From Eledone cirrhosa (taxonomy: Eukaryota): a DNA stretch of 64,000 nt. The position numbers and the translations under genes were made by a program. The notes under the pieces were generated by a model. That model ran no database searches and was not told the origin of the DNA. It worked only from the letters and a program-made list of their open reading frames with translations. Shown in pieces: positions 39,879 to 52,941 of the stretch; within the stretch, counting starts at the first letter, position 1; each line of letters begins with the position of its first letter. Location of the stretch: assembly GCA_964016885.1 (NCBI GenBank), contig OZ024742.1:230826001-230890000 (forward strand). The letters are read 5' to 3'.

Positions 39879-39973
39879 ATAAAACATGGATGAAAGGTAA
39901 ATTTGACGTCGGCATGATTTGAACTCAAAGAGGAGAAAGCCGAAACGAAAACCGCAATGTATTCTATTCAACG

Positions 39974-40013
<40 letters not shown>

Positions 40014-40155
40014 GTGTGTGTGTGTATTTGAGACTGAGGTAACAGAAAAATAAATAAGTATGGATAAACAGGTAGGGAGAAAACAACTTATTGATCAGAG
40101 AATTATATATATAAATGCGTGTGTGTGTGCGCATAAAGCCACTTTTTACCTAGAA

Positions 40156-40340
40156 AATAATTTTCTACTTTTGGCACAAGGCCAACAATTACCCAGTGGA
40201 TCACTGGTACTTTATTTTATCGATCCCGTAAGGTTTAAAGGCAAAGTTAACCTCGGCGGAATTTGAACTCAGCGACTGTAAAGGGACGTAGCTATGCCTT
40301 AAGGCATGGCGTCCGTCCCTCTACCGACACTGCCAATCCC
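40156..40340 (-). mobile_element. Family A SINE
   Basis: Full match. Confidence 0.85.
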
Positions 40341-40649
40341 ACATACACCCACGCACGTAGATATATGCCGTAGATATGCACGGCATATATCTACGCGTGT
40401 GAGGGTATGTCAATAATTTTCAGTTATATATTTTACTTAAACTTATTTAGTAATTACATGTTCCTATAGTTGTTTTTTTTTTTTCCCCCTTGCTGTGAGA
40501 AGAAAGAAGACATCATTTTAATGATAACAATAAGAAAAAAATATGAAGAAGAAAATAATTATCGTATTTTCTATTCTCCATTTCCAAGTGTCTGTACACA
40601 CATTCACGCTTATATATATATATATATATATATATACAAAATATATACG

Positions 40650-40942
40650 AAAAGAGTCAGGACCCCAACGGCAGAGCTCAAGCCGTTTCGACGGCTATTT
40701 CTGGACTCCAGAAAAGGCCGTCGAAACGTGTTAAGCTCTACCGTCGGGGTCCTGACTCTTTTCCTATTACCCACTCTACTACCCAAAGTATCGAGTACTC
40801 TGGTGCGTTATGATCCACCTGGTTCCTTACCACACTTCCTTAGTATACAATATATTTTCCTATTACCCACTCTACTACCCTAAGTATTGAGTACTCTGGT
40901 TTGTTATGGGCCACCTGGTACCTTACCAAACCTTCTTTGTTA
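40650..40942 (+). mobile_element. Family P fold-back element with duplicated tail
   Basis: Hairpin 40651-40761; tail ttcctattacccactctactaccc..gagtactctgg occurs twice. Confidence 0.75.
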
Positions 40943-41124
40943 TATATATATATATATAACGAAACGAAATTTAATTTCGTTTCGTTATTTGCTTTTATCG
41001 TCTCCGTTGAACCGGTACGTACTCACGCTCTATGCAAATTAGTCTGCCCACTACTAATTTTCATAGAAAAAGCATATAACGATATGTGCTTTTACGATTC
41101 TCTAGAAAGGCCGGAAGATAGGTA

Positions 41125-41169
41125 AATATTGCTGATGAGATGTAACAACATCGAAACTAGTTCAATATT
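41125..41169 (+). ncRNA. Minimal type I HHR, unit 1
   Basis: aatattg CTGATGA gatgt aaca acatc GAAA ctag TT caatatt; stems I and II perfect. Confidence 0.88.
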
Positions 41170-41590
41170 CCTTGTCTGGCTTTCTGGAGAATAGAGGAAA
41201 GGTGTTTCCTCAAAAACCAGTATGACTCTAAAAACCGGTTTGTCTGTGTGTTTACATACAGAATAGCTGGACACTCACAGTAAAGTGACCAGTGAAAAAC
41301 TCGGTACATCTACATATGTATACGTGTGTGTATTCATATGCATACTAGTATTTCAGTATACATATGTGGATGTACATTTTTAACTTAATTGTTTAAGCGT
41401 CAGTCATACAAAAGTGAGTTACAAACGAAACGAAATTTAATTTCGTTTCGTTATTTGTTTTTATCGTCTCCGTTGAACCGGTACGTACTCACGCTCTATG
41501 CAAATTAGTCTACCCACTACTAATTTTCATAGAAAAAGCATATAACGATATGTGCTTTTACGATTCTCTAGAAAGGCCGGAAGATAGGTA

Positions 41591-41635
41591 AATATTGCTG
41601 ATGAGATGTAACAACATCGAAACTAGTTCAATATT
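41591..41635 (+). ncRNA. Minimal type I HHR, unit 2
   Basis: Identical to unit 1. Confidence 0.88.
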
Positions 41636-42056
41636 CCTTGTCTGGCTTTCTGGAGAATAGAGGAAAGGTGTTTCCTCAAAAACCAGTATGACTCTAAAAA
41701 CCGGTTTGTCTGTGTGTTTACATACAGAATAGCTGGACACTCACAGTAAAGTGACCAGTGAAAAACTCGGTACATCTACATATGTATACGTGTGTGTATT
41801 CATATGCATACTAGTATTTCAGTATACATATGTGGATGTACATTTTTAACTTAATTGTTTAAGCGTCAGTCATACAAAAGTGAGTTACAAACGAAACGAA
41901 ATTTAATTTCGTTTCGTTATTTGTTTTTATCGTCTCCGTTGAACCGGTACGTACTCACGCTCTATGCAAATTAGTCTACCCACTACTAATTTTCATAGAA
42001 AAAGCATATAACGATATGTGCTTTTACGATTCTCTAGAAAGGCCGGAAGATAGGTA

Positions 42057-42101
42057 AATATTGCTGATGAGATGTAACAACATCGAAACTAGTTCAATAT
42101 T
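42057..42101 (+). ncRNA. Minimal type I HHR, unit 3
   Basis: Identical to unit 1. Confidence 0.88.
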
Positions 42102-42413
42102 CCTTGTCTGGCTTTCTGGAGAATAGAGGAAAGGTGCTTCCTCAAAAACCAGTATGACTCTAAAAACCGGTTTGTCTGTGTGTTTACATACAGAATAGCT
42201 GGACACTCACAGTAAAGTGACCAGTGAAAAACTCGGTACATCTACATATGTATACGTGTGTGTATTCATATGCATACTAGTATTTCAGTATACATATGTG
42301 GTTGTACATTTTTAACTTAATTGTTTAAGCGTCAGTCATACAAAAGTGAGTTACAAACGAAACGAAATTTAATTTCGTTTCGTTATTTGTTTTATATATA
42401 TATATATATATAT

Positions 42414-42876
42414 AAATGGAAAAGATGAAACGAAATTTCATTTCTCACTCTTAGTACGGCTGTTACTTAAATATAAGTATGTATACGTACATACATATAT
42501 GTATATAGACGTACAGTAGTATGTATATATATATATATGCCGTTAATATGCATAAGGAAAGTATTTACTTTTAGACGTTCAATCATCTGGCAGGAAGGTA
42601 TACGGTGCTGACGATAGCTAATAAGCTTGAAACTAGTACATCGTTCCTTTGTCAGTGTTGAACAAAAGATGGTTGCTAAACGCTGTACGGCGTAATTCGG
42701 GATGTTTGTTTACAAACAAACCGAGCATTATAATAAATGTTCGGTAAATCCATACGTACATATATATATGTGTGCATGTATGTATATATATATACATACT
42801 ACCGTAGTCTGTATGTATATATATATACATACTACCGTAGTCTGTATACATATATGTATGTACGTATACATACTTA
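42414..42876 (+). mobile_element. Second copy of the 20482-type HHR element with inverted 5' arm
   Basis: 42414-42530 is the reverse complement of the family tail; core matches 20695-21006. Confidence 0.8.
42602..42644 (+). ncRNA. Minimal type I HHR
   Basis: acggtg CTGACGA tagct aata agctt GAAA ctag TA catcgt; stem I fully paired with one G-U. Confidence 0.8.
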
Positions 42877-42885
42877 TATATATAT

Positions 42886-43072
42886 ATAGGAAAAAGTATG
42901 ACCCCGACGGTAGAGCTCAAGCCGTTTCGACGGCTATTTCTGGAGTCCAGAAACGGCTTGAGCTCTGCCGTCGTGGTCATACGTTTTCCTATTTCCCACT
43001 CTACTACTCTAAGTATTGAGTACTCTGGTGCGTTATGGTCCATCTGGTTCCTTACCACACTTCCTTTGTTAT
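42886..43072 (+). mobile_element. Family P fold-back element
   Basis: Hairpin with small central deletion plus tail; in (TA)n. Confidence 0.75.
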
Positions 43073-43324
43073 ATATATATATATATATATATACATATAC
43101 ACACACACACACATATATACTTATTATATATATATGTGTGTGTGTCTATGAGTGTATATGTGTTTGCATGTGCGTGTGTATGCAAAAAGTAATGTTATAT
43201 ATATGAAAAAGAACGGGAAAGAGATCTGTCTGTTTCTGACCAGCTACATATATATATTAGTATCTATATCTTTGTCATCTGCCCTGCCTCTTCCTCTCTC
43301 TCTCTCTATCTCTCTCTCTCTCTC

Positions 43325-43372
<48 letters not shown>

Positions 43373-43393
43373 CTCTCTCTCTCTCTCTTCCCA

Positions 43394-43455
<62 letters not shown>

Positions 43456-43961
43456 CCCTCATCCTTTTCTTCACTATTTTCTTAATTTTCTTTCATTTAG
43501 TTTTCTTTCATTTAATTTTCTTTCATTTAATTTTCTTTCATTTAGTTTATTTATTAAGTTATACAGCTAAAAATGAAAACTGATAAGTAACTTCAGAACT
43601 TAATTAAGGAGATGACTGAAGGGCATAAACTATTTCTACAGATTACAGACGAGTAAAAGATAACTTCTCATGCCAACTCGTTATAAGACGTCACCCTGCC
43701 TTTCCTACAACCGATACCTCGGACGTTCCTCTTTAAATTGTCATTACGTCTACATATGGCGACGAATTGGAAGCGTGGTTAGGGCATCTGATTAAAAACA
43801 CTTCGGTGTATATTTTTCCCAATTTGCAGTGCTCTATGTTAAAATTCTATCAAGGACAACTTTGCCATTCATCCTTTCGAGCCAAGTCAATAAATAAAGT
43901 ACTGATCTAATACTAGGGTTGATCCGCCCCCCCCCCCCCCCCTCCTCTCTCTCTCTCTCTC

Positions 43962-44005
<44 letters not shown>

Positions 44006-44489
44006 AAACAGCTGCGTTCCGAGTTTGGGGCTTTGTCTATTTTTAAATGTCCACAACACGCCATGCTTCAGGATGTCACCGCTGCAACTTTATCAATCCG
44101 AAAACTACTTTTTCCAACACATCAACCACCATTGCAAAGACGGTATAAGATGTCACCCTATCCTTTTTTCAACCGTTATCTCAGTATTGATGTTTAATAC
44201 TTAATATCCTGTACCACATGAAATTACATTAGCAAGATGTTCTTGAGAAGTACAAAACAATACCATAACTGTATCACATTACAAATTGAAATCAATGCTT
44301 CTATTTACTGCAAATATTCCCAACAATTTGTCCGTTAGAAAATATATGGTAGACATTTGAATTAACAAACCTGTTTTTAATTATTTTCTGCCAAATTCTT
44401 ACAGAAGTTAAGAGTTAAATTAACATTACCTGCGACGATGACAACAACACCAGTAATAACTATAACGATTATGACGTTCTCAACGTCCC

Positions 44490-44559
<70 letters not shown>

Positions 44560-44625
44560 TTGTGATGTTTTTTTTTTAAATGTGATATACTTCAGATAAA
44601 TAAAAACCTTTTTTTCTATTTTCAG

Positions 44626-44756
44626 GATTCAAAACAGAAACTAATCTTGAGGGGGAAATAAGACTATATATTAGAAGTGAAAGAAATTGTAAAAGGTTAT
44701 ATTCTTCGGAAGAAATAAAAACTGAAGGGTCATGACAAAAAGATTGCAAATTACAG
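44626..44756 (+). other. Candidate exon (UTR or first-coding)
   Basis: ttttttctattttcag| acceptor and AG|gtaagc donor; stops in all frames except the terminal ATG-TKRLQIT. Confidence 0.3.
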
Positions 44757-44783
44757 GTAAGCGAATTAGTATTTACTTATCAC

Positions 44784-44992
44784 GGGCAGTATCGGTAGAG
44801 GGTCTGACGCCATGCTATGCAGCATAGAGTTACGGCCCTTTACGGTCTGAGTTCAAATCCCACCGAGGTTAACTTTGCCTTTCATCCTTACAGGATCGTT
44901 AAAATAAAGTACCAGTCATGCACTGGGGTCGATTTAATTGACTTTCCCCTCACCAAAATTGCTGGCCTTGTGCCTATAAAAGAAACCATTAT
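44784..44992 (+). mobile_element. Family A SINE
   Basis: Full match; tail ccttgtgcctataaaagaaaccattatt. Confidence 0.85.
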
Positions 44993-45922
44993 TTACTTAT
45001 CTTTAACTTAAAAGAAATGCATCATCATTGCAATAAAAATAAACCCAGGCCAAATCTGACTATGATATTGTTTATATTATATCATTTTACCCAGCAATTT
45101 TCTGTTTTGGTTTCAAGCTTTGACGCGATCAATGTCGTATTTTCTTTTTTTCTATTCTCAAATCAATTAAATATGTACGCGTATTTTAGTTTATTAAACA
45201 ATTTTGCCCTTAATTAATCAATGGTGACATACTTTTAAAGATACAAGATAGTGTCATGTCATCTTGCCCAGTTTTACTGATTCGTGTTTGAAGCTTTACC
45301 GCGATCAATATTGGTATTTTTTTTTTATTCGCTAAGTTTATAAAATAGCTAAATGGATTTTAGTTTATTATACAATCATACCCTTGTATAATCAAGGCTA
45401 ATATATGTTTAAGGGTCCTACTGAAGCAATTTTCAGGCTTTGCCATTAACAAAGTTGTATTTTTCGATTCCTCAAATAAACATAATATGAACTTGTATCT
45501 ATCACACAATCATATCCTCATATAACCAAAGAGAATATATTTTTAAAGAAACAGATATGTTATGTCACCATGCTCAGGGTTTTTACTGATTAAGGTTTCA
45601 GGCTTTACTGCGATCAATTCATGGGTGTTTTATTCTATTACATAATCATACACACCTCATCATAATCAAGAACATATTTTTTTAAGAAACTAGTGCTTAT
45701 TTCCGATTCACTTTGAATATATTTATACCTATATATATGTGTTTGAAATAGCGCATTCCATAGAGTTTGGGTGTTCGGCTCAAGATCATGAGTTCGATTC
45801 CAGGCGCAAAACCCTTTTTTACAACAAATTATCATTAAACTGATATTTGGAGTACAGCTCAACAAATGGTTCTTATTTCCCTTTGCTACAGTCCAGTTAG
45901 CTGGAAAAAGAATGAAACATAC

Positions 45923-46171
45923 CTGTGATTCAAAGAGACAATTTTATCACACACTGTGTTACACCGTATCTTCCTTAGAATTAGGTTAAGATTGCACGTG
46001 TCTGTGGAATACTCCGCAACATTCACGTTAATTTCATGAACAAGGTCTTCCGTTGATGAAACAACTGAAATAATTGTGGAAACAGATGGAGGAGCAACAT
46101 AATATATGTTTATTTTCAAATGGTTAACAAAATTGTCGTCATAAATTTCACATAGGTCAATTATTGGTTCA
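45923..46171 (-). CDS. Candidate coding exon, unknown product
   Basis: 249 nt, open frame, tatag| acceptor and CAG|gtatgt donor, symmetric phase, non-repetitive peptide. Confidence 0.35.
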
Positions 46172-47703
46172 CTATATTTCAGTGCAAAACAAAATATCGC
46201 AAGGGAATTTAGTCGAAAAAAAGCCATTTATTTATTGCTGTTAAATTGGTCATCCTCTTGAGTGCAGCCTGGTCACTGGCACAATTCAGTGACACCAGGT
46301 CGTAAACAAAGCGACGAACCATCAGATTTCAAGAAATAAATGATAATTGTAAAAAGAATTTAACAATTTTTATTAAAGCTAAAATGACTTTTCGACAATG
46401 CTTTACTGTCAACATACGATCTCTATTGAGCACGACTTCAAATTTTATATAAATATTTGCGACTAATATCTTGTAACGTTTGTAGCAACGATCTACAAAA
46501 TTATATGAACGCAACATGTACGGTTCGGGTTCAATCCTATTGCATAACATCTTGGGGAAATGTCATTTACCGTAGACTGATGTAAACCCAAGTAAATTTG
46601 GGAGCCCATCGGACGAATTGTATGTGTAATTCAAAACCTCGTCACATTGTGTCACGCTCAATTACACTGATACATTAAACGGATCAGTGAAATGCTCAGC
46701 CGCTTACAATATATTACAAATCAAACTGTGCATGTGATTCAATTACCAGCCTCGTCACACACTGAATTACGCGGATTCTGACCGCGAATACTCATCCACT
46801 AATTCGCGAATTCTCCGTTTATTTGATCGAAAGACTGAATGATTATCGATGAACTAACGGCTGATCAATCATGTAACTAAATAAGCAGAGAAAGTCACAA
46901 AATCAATATAGCTAATGTTCATCTCCAGCTGAGATTCTTATATAACTATCTTGTTATGACACCTGTAATAAGGCTCTCTAGAATCTCAAAGTTTTCCCTG
47001 AATTTTAACTCAGCAAAATGTTGCTACTTCTTCCTTCACTTTGATTGATTTTTATGTTGCTTTTAGACTATTATAGAACTTCTTAGAAGTTTCTGTTTTT
47101 TAAGAAATATATTTCTGTCTGCATTTATTCCACTTAGTGATTTGTGAAAACAGGAAAAGACATTTTTGTCACTTCATAAAGAAATTATATTCCTTAGCTG
47201 ACGTTAATATATATCTTAGCTAGAGTTTATCTGAACAACGTATTGAAAGTGTTAAAACATATTTCTCTTTATATTCAAATGTCTGCATCAAATGATCTGA
47301 ATATAATTTTCTGTTTTATTTGTATAAAGAAATTATTTTAGTGAATATATATAGACTAGAGATTTATACCACTCTAATTATACATTAAATTTTGTACTCT
47401 TTAAAATCCTTTTATATTCAACCTACATCGTTAACATATTTAAGATAACGTGCGTTTCATTTACATATGAATTCACACACACACACACACACATACACAC
47501 ACACATACACACACATATCTTTATATATATATGTGTGTGTGTTTGTGTGTGTGTAAAAAGTAAACAGAAACAAGTTTAACGCTTGAAATAGCAGGAAACT
47601 CGTCCTTCATCAGAGGATAGCTTTAGAAATAAAAGAGACAATAGAAAGATAATAAGTGAGAAGAGGGAGGAAGGGAGAATGTGAAAAGGGGGAAACACGC
47701 GCG

Positions 47704-47881
<178 letters not shown>

Positions 47882-47893
47882 TAAGTATGTATA

Positions 47894-47927
<34 letters not shown>

Positions 47928-47939
47928 AGTATGTATATA

Positions 47940-47975
<36 letters not shown>

Positions 47976-47976
47976 A

Positions 47977-48011
<35 letters not shown>

Positions 48012-48046
48012 TATATATATATATATATATATAATTATATATATAA

Positions 48047-48227
<181 letters not shown>

Positions 48228-48262
48228 TATATATACACATATATATATATAAATATATATAT

Positions 48263-48307
<45 letters not shown>

Positions 48308-48610
48308 AAGTGTTAAAACGATCAAATTTTAGTTTAGAATATTTATTTACTGACAATTGTTTCTTTCGAAGGGAAGTCTGGAATCATCGGAGCATAGGGA
48401 ATGTCGAAACATGTGACTAAAATCCTAGTCATTCAGAACATTTAGGATACATAAGTGGTGTTAGTGTCATAGACATCATGTAGAGAGTCAGTAGTTAAAA
48501 CGATGTTATGCGTGAGAGAACACAATTACAGGCAGCACTGGTTGAAAGTAGTGTAAGAGGTATGTATAAGCAAAAGGTACAGGCAAAAAGTAACAAGCAA
48601 GGAAAAATGT

Positions 48611-48650
<40 letters not shown>

Positions 48651-48697
48651 TATAAGTATATTATATATATATATAAGTATATTATATATATATTTAA

Positions 48698-48740
<43 letters not shown>

Positions 48741-48785
48741 TATATATATATAAGTGTATATATATATACAGTATATATATATACA

Positions 48786-48877
<92 letters not shown>

Positions 48878-48883
48878 TATATA

Positions 48884-49046
48884 TAACGAAGAACATGTGG
48901 GAAGGAACCAGATGAACCACAACGCAGCAGAGTACTCAATACTTAGGGTAGTAGAGTGGGTAATAGAAAAATGTATGACCCCGACAGCAGAGCTCAAAAC
49001 GTCGAAACGGCTTGAGCTCTGCCATCGCGGTCATACTTTTTCCTAT
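48884..49046 (-). mobile_element. Family P element with collapsed hairpin centre
   Basis: Tail plus gaccccgacagcagagctcaa aacgtcgaaacggc ttgagctctgcc. Confidence 0.72.
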
Positions 49047-49049
49047 AAG

Positions 49050-49174
<125 letters not shown>

Positions 49175-49632
49175 GTAAAGTTATATTTAAAATTGTTGGG
49201 TTACAACTAGTAAATATTTATAACTGATATAAAAGCACTCAACAAATATTTGGAGTATATTTACAATATTAAATAAATGGAAAACTATATTTATAAAACC
49301 ATATTTATTTCATTATATATATTTCGGGGATATCATATTAACAATATGCTATGCCTTCATCAGACAAAATACAATATAAACAGTTTTATAGATAAATATA
49401 TTCGACATACCGTAATAAACATCAACTTCATTTGAAACCTCTTCAAATGAAGTTGATGTTTATTACGGTATGTCGAATATATTTATCTATAAAACTGTTT
49501 ATATTGTATTTTGTCTGATGAAGGCATAGCATATTGTTAATATGATATCCCCGAAATATATATAATGAAATAAATATGGTTTTATAAATATAGTTTTCCA
49601 TTTATTTAATATTGTATATATATATATATATA

Positions 49633-49678
<46 letters not shown>

Positions 49679-49686
49679 TATATATA

Positions 49687-49765
<79 letters not shown>

Positions 49766-50094
49766 GTAAAGTTATATTTAAAATTGTTGGGTTACAACTA
49801 GTAAATATTTATAACTGATATAAAAGCACTCAACAAATATTTGGAGTATATTTACAATATTAAATAAATGGAAAACTATATTTATAAAACCATATTTATT
49901 TCATTATATATATTTCGGGGATATCATATTAACAATATGCTATGCCTTCATCAGACAAAATACAATATAAACAGTTTTATATTGTATTTTGTCTGATGAA
50001 GGCATAGCATATTGTTAATATGATATCCCCGAAATATATATAATGAAATAAATATGGTTTTATAAATATAGTTTTCCATTTATTTAATATTGTA
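49175..50094. mobile_element. Two tandem palindromic pLTR-like elements carrying four HHR motifs
   Basis: Palindromes 49262-49616 (5-nt loop) and 49853-50094; HHRs at 49306-49371(-), 49507-49572(+), 49897-49962(-), 49985-50050(+). Confidence 0.8.
49507..49572 (+). ncRNA. Type I HHR motif
   Basis: tattttgt CTGATGA agg..catatt gtt aatatg..cc GAAA tatata TA atgaaata; stem I pairs with two G-U. Confidence 0.7.
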
Positions 50095-50110
50095 TATATA
50101 TATATATATA

Positions 50111-50154
<44 letters not shown>

Positions 50155-50160
50155 TATATA

Positions 50161-50261
<101 letters not shown>

Positions 50262-50291
50262 ATATATATATATAAGTATATATATATATAT

Positions 50292-51960
50292 ACTGGGCGA
50301 GATACTGCAGAGACAATACTGCTCTGTTTTCAGCAACCCAGATATGGCCGATCTGGGCCGTATCAGTGATATTAACCCCCAACACACTATATCAGACATA
50401 ACATTTGGCGCCCTTGGTGTGTTAGGGGCAATAAACGAAATTAAACACAATTAAGCAGTAGGTCCTGACAGGTTCCCTGCTTGTGTCCTGAAGGTATGTC
50501 GACACCAACTTGTAACTCCTCTTGCTAATCTGTCTTCAAAAAGGGAAATAAGTCCCTTGCAGTGATCTACCGTCCGTCGTCACTGACCTCTCATATTATC
50601 AAGGTATTTCAAAGGTTGGTGAGATCACGAATAATCCACTTTCTTGAAAGCAACAGCCTGCTGAACTCCAACCAACATGGATTCCGTAATGGAAGGGACT
50701 GCCTAACGCAGCTCCTGCATCACTTTGACGATGTTTTGAGACTCTTGGGAGAGGGCTCTAACACTGATGTCATCTACCTTGATTTCAGCAAGGCCTTCGA
50801 CAGGGTTGATCATAAGATTCTACTGAAAAAACTATCCAATGTTGGTGTCTCTGGAAGGTTACTACAGTGGATCAAATGTTTCCTGACAGGCAGAACCCTG
50901 CATGTTGTAGTCGAAGGAGTAAAATCAAGCCCTGCCAAAGTCAGCAGTGGCGTCCCACAAGACACTGTGTTGGGCCCACTTCTTTTCATCATCTACATTA
51001 ATGACATTACTGACATCATCAAACACAGCAACATCAGAATCTTCGCAGAGGATTCTAAGCTCCAAAGGGTCAACAATGAGGTGGGTAACCGGACTTGCCT
51101 TCAGTCAGACCTACTGGCTGTTATGTTATCCAATGGGCAGAGATGAATAATATGCTGGTCAATGAGGATAAATTTGAACTAATCCACTTTGGAAAAAAGG
51201 ATGCCCTGAAACTACCATACTCTCTTCCTTCGGGTGAAACTCTAGTGGCTTCCAATAACATCAGAGACCTGGGAGTAATTGTGGACAACAATATAAGCTG
51301 GGCCACTCATATAAACAGCAAAGTTGATATGGCCCGCAGAATGTGTTCCTGGATTCTCAGAACTTTCCAGTCGAGATATATCCACACTCTTATCCTTCTC
51401 TACTTCACTTTTGCCCGACCCCACCTTGAATACTGTTGTCCACTGTGGTCACCCCACATGAAACAAGGTATCATAAAAGTTGAAGCACCCCAAAGGTCAA
51501 TTACAAGGAAGATAGTTGGCATGACAGGCCTTGACTATTGGGGTCGATTAGAAAAGCTCAAACTTTATTCTCTTCAACGTCGCCGTGAGTGCTACATTAT
51601 CTGTATAATGTGGAAAATATTCCATCAGCTTAGCCCAAATGATGTTGGCATCACCTTTAGTGTACAGGGTCCCGTTCTATCCGCCGACAACAAAAATCCC
51701 ACTCGCCTCACATAACAACAATACGGCACAATTATTTCACCTCAATTGGCCCTGCACTCTTTAACATTACACCAAAACACATCAAAGCAGAGACAGACCC
51801 CATCAAGTTCAAGAAGTCTTTGGATAAATTCCTTCAAGAAATCCCGGATAAGCCTCCTACACTCGGATATGCCTCTGTAAACAATAACTCTCTGCTCGAG
51901 TGGACCATGGTGCCCAAACACTGATGTGTAAGACTTCGCCAGGTGGTGCTATTAAGCTAG
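50292..51960 (+). pseudogene. 5'-truncated CR1-group LINE ORF2 (RT), frameshifted
   Basis: YRPSSLTS, NQHGFR, YLDFSKAFD, SGVPQDTVLGP, FAEDSK, RDLGV, RPHLEYCCPLWSP, LYSLQRRR. Confidence 0.9.
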
Positions 51961-52069
51961 AAATTTCTTTAGTCTAAAATACGGTGAAAGCTTATAATTT
52001 CTAATTTCTAATTTCAAACTCGCGCACCGTTTCAAAAACATACTTACATGTTTACGTTTATAATTTGCT

Positions 52070-52125
<56 letters not shown>

Positions 52126-52182
52126 TATATATATATATATAAGTATATATATATATATAAGTATATATATATATATATATAA

Positions 52183-52235
<53 letters not shown>

Positions 52236-52292
52236 TATATATATATATATAAGTATATATATATATATATAAGTATATATATATATATATAA

Positions 52293-52377
<85 letters not shown>

Positions 52378-52382
<5 letters not shown>

Positions 52383-52497
52383 AGGTATGACCCCGTCGTG
52401 GTCATACATTTTCACATTTCCCACTCTACTAGTATAAGTATTGAGTACTCTGGTGCGTTATGGTCCATCTGGTTCCTTACCATAATTCCTTTGTTAT
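52378..52497 (+). mobile_element. Family P element with almost fully deleted hairpin
   Basis: gtatgaccccgtcgtggtcatac plus standard tail; in (TA)n. Confidence 0.72.
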
Positions 52498-52514
52498 ATA
52501 TATATATATATATT

Positions 52515-52935
52515 AATTGGAAAATTAAGAACCAGGATTATATACATCTTTTGGCTGATAGCACCCAAAATATTTATAAACTTGTTATCAATACTTATAA
52601 GTCATTAATCTTAAACGAACTGATAAAGAACTATAGAAAAACACCTAGGAAAACATTAAATGACATAAACAGAATGCAGGAATTGATCGTCAATAAACTG
52701 GATATAGATAAGTACACTGAACCTTACAAAACTGAGACACCTAGATTCACTTTAAAGAATCACAAATACAACCTCAATGAAAATCCATTTATTAGATTAA
52801 TCAGCCTCTTTACTTCTAATATAGACAGGATCAGTAAAAATTATTAGATAGGATTTTAACTAAGTTAAAAGATAAAATTACCCCTATGCTTTGAGACAAT
52901 ACGGATGAGGCTATTAGGTTTTTCAAAATCATTAA
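52515..52935 (+). pseudogene. Penelope-like RT N-terminal fragment
   Basis: LADSTQNIY..FTLKNHKYNLNENPFIRLI..RISK resembles ADK..FITLKDHK..NP..RLINP..ISK of YRDD-type Penelope RTs. Confidence 0.6.
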
Positions 52936-52941
52936 TAATAG

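Larger units (their letters stand above)
40958..42393 (+). repeat. 466-bp tandem array (3 units plus about 37 bp), one HHR per unit; retrozyme-like
   Basis: Unit starts at 40958, 41424, 41890, 42356; only about 4 substitutions seen among units; (TA)n flanks. Confidence 0.95.

Noticed and set aside
41092-42206. Three identical 60-aa minus-strand ORFs
   Set aside because: Consequence of the 466-bp repeat; antisense to the HHR, no recognisable motif
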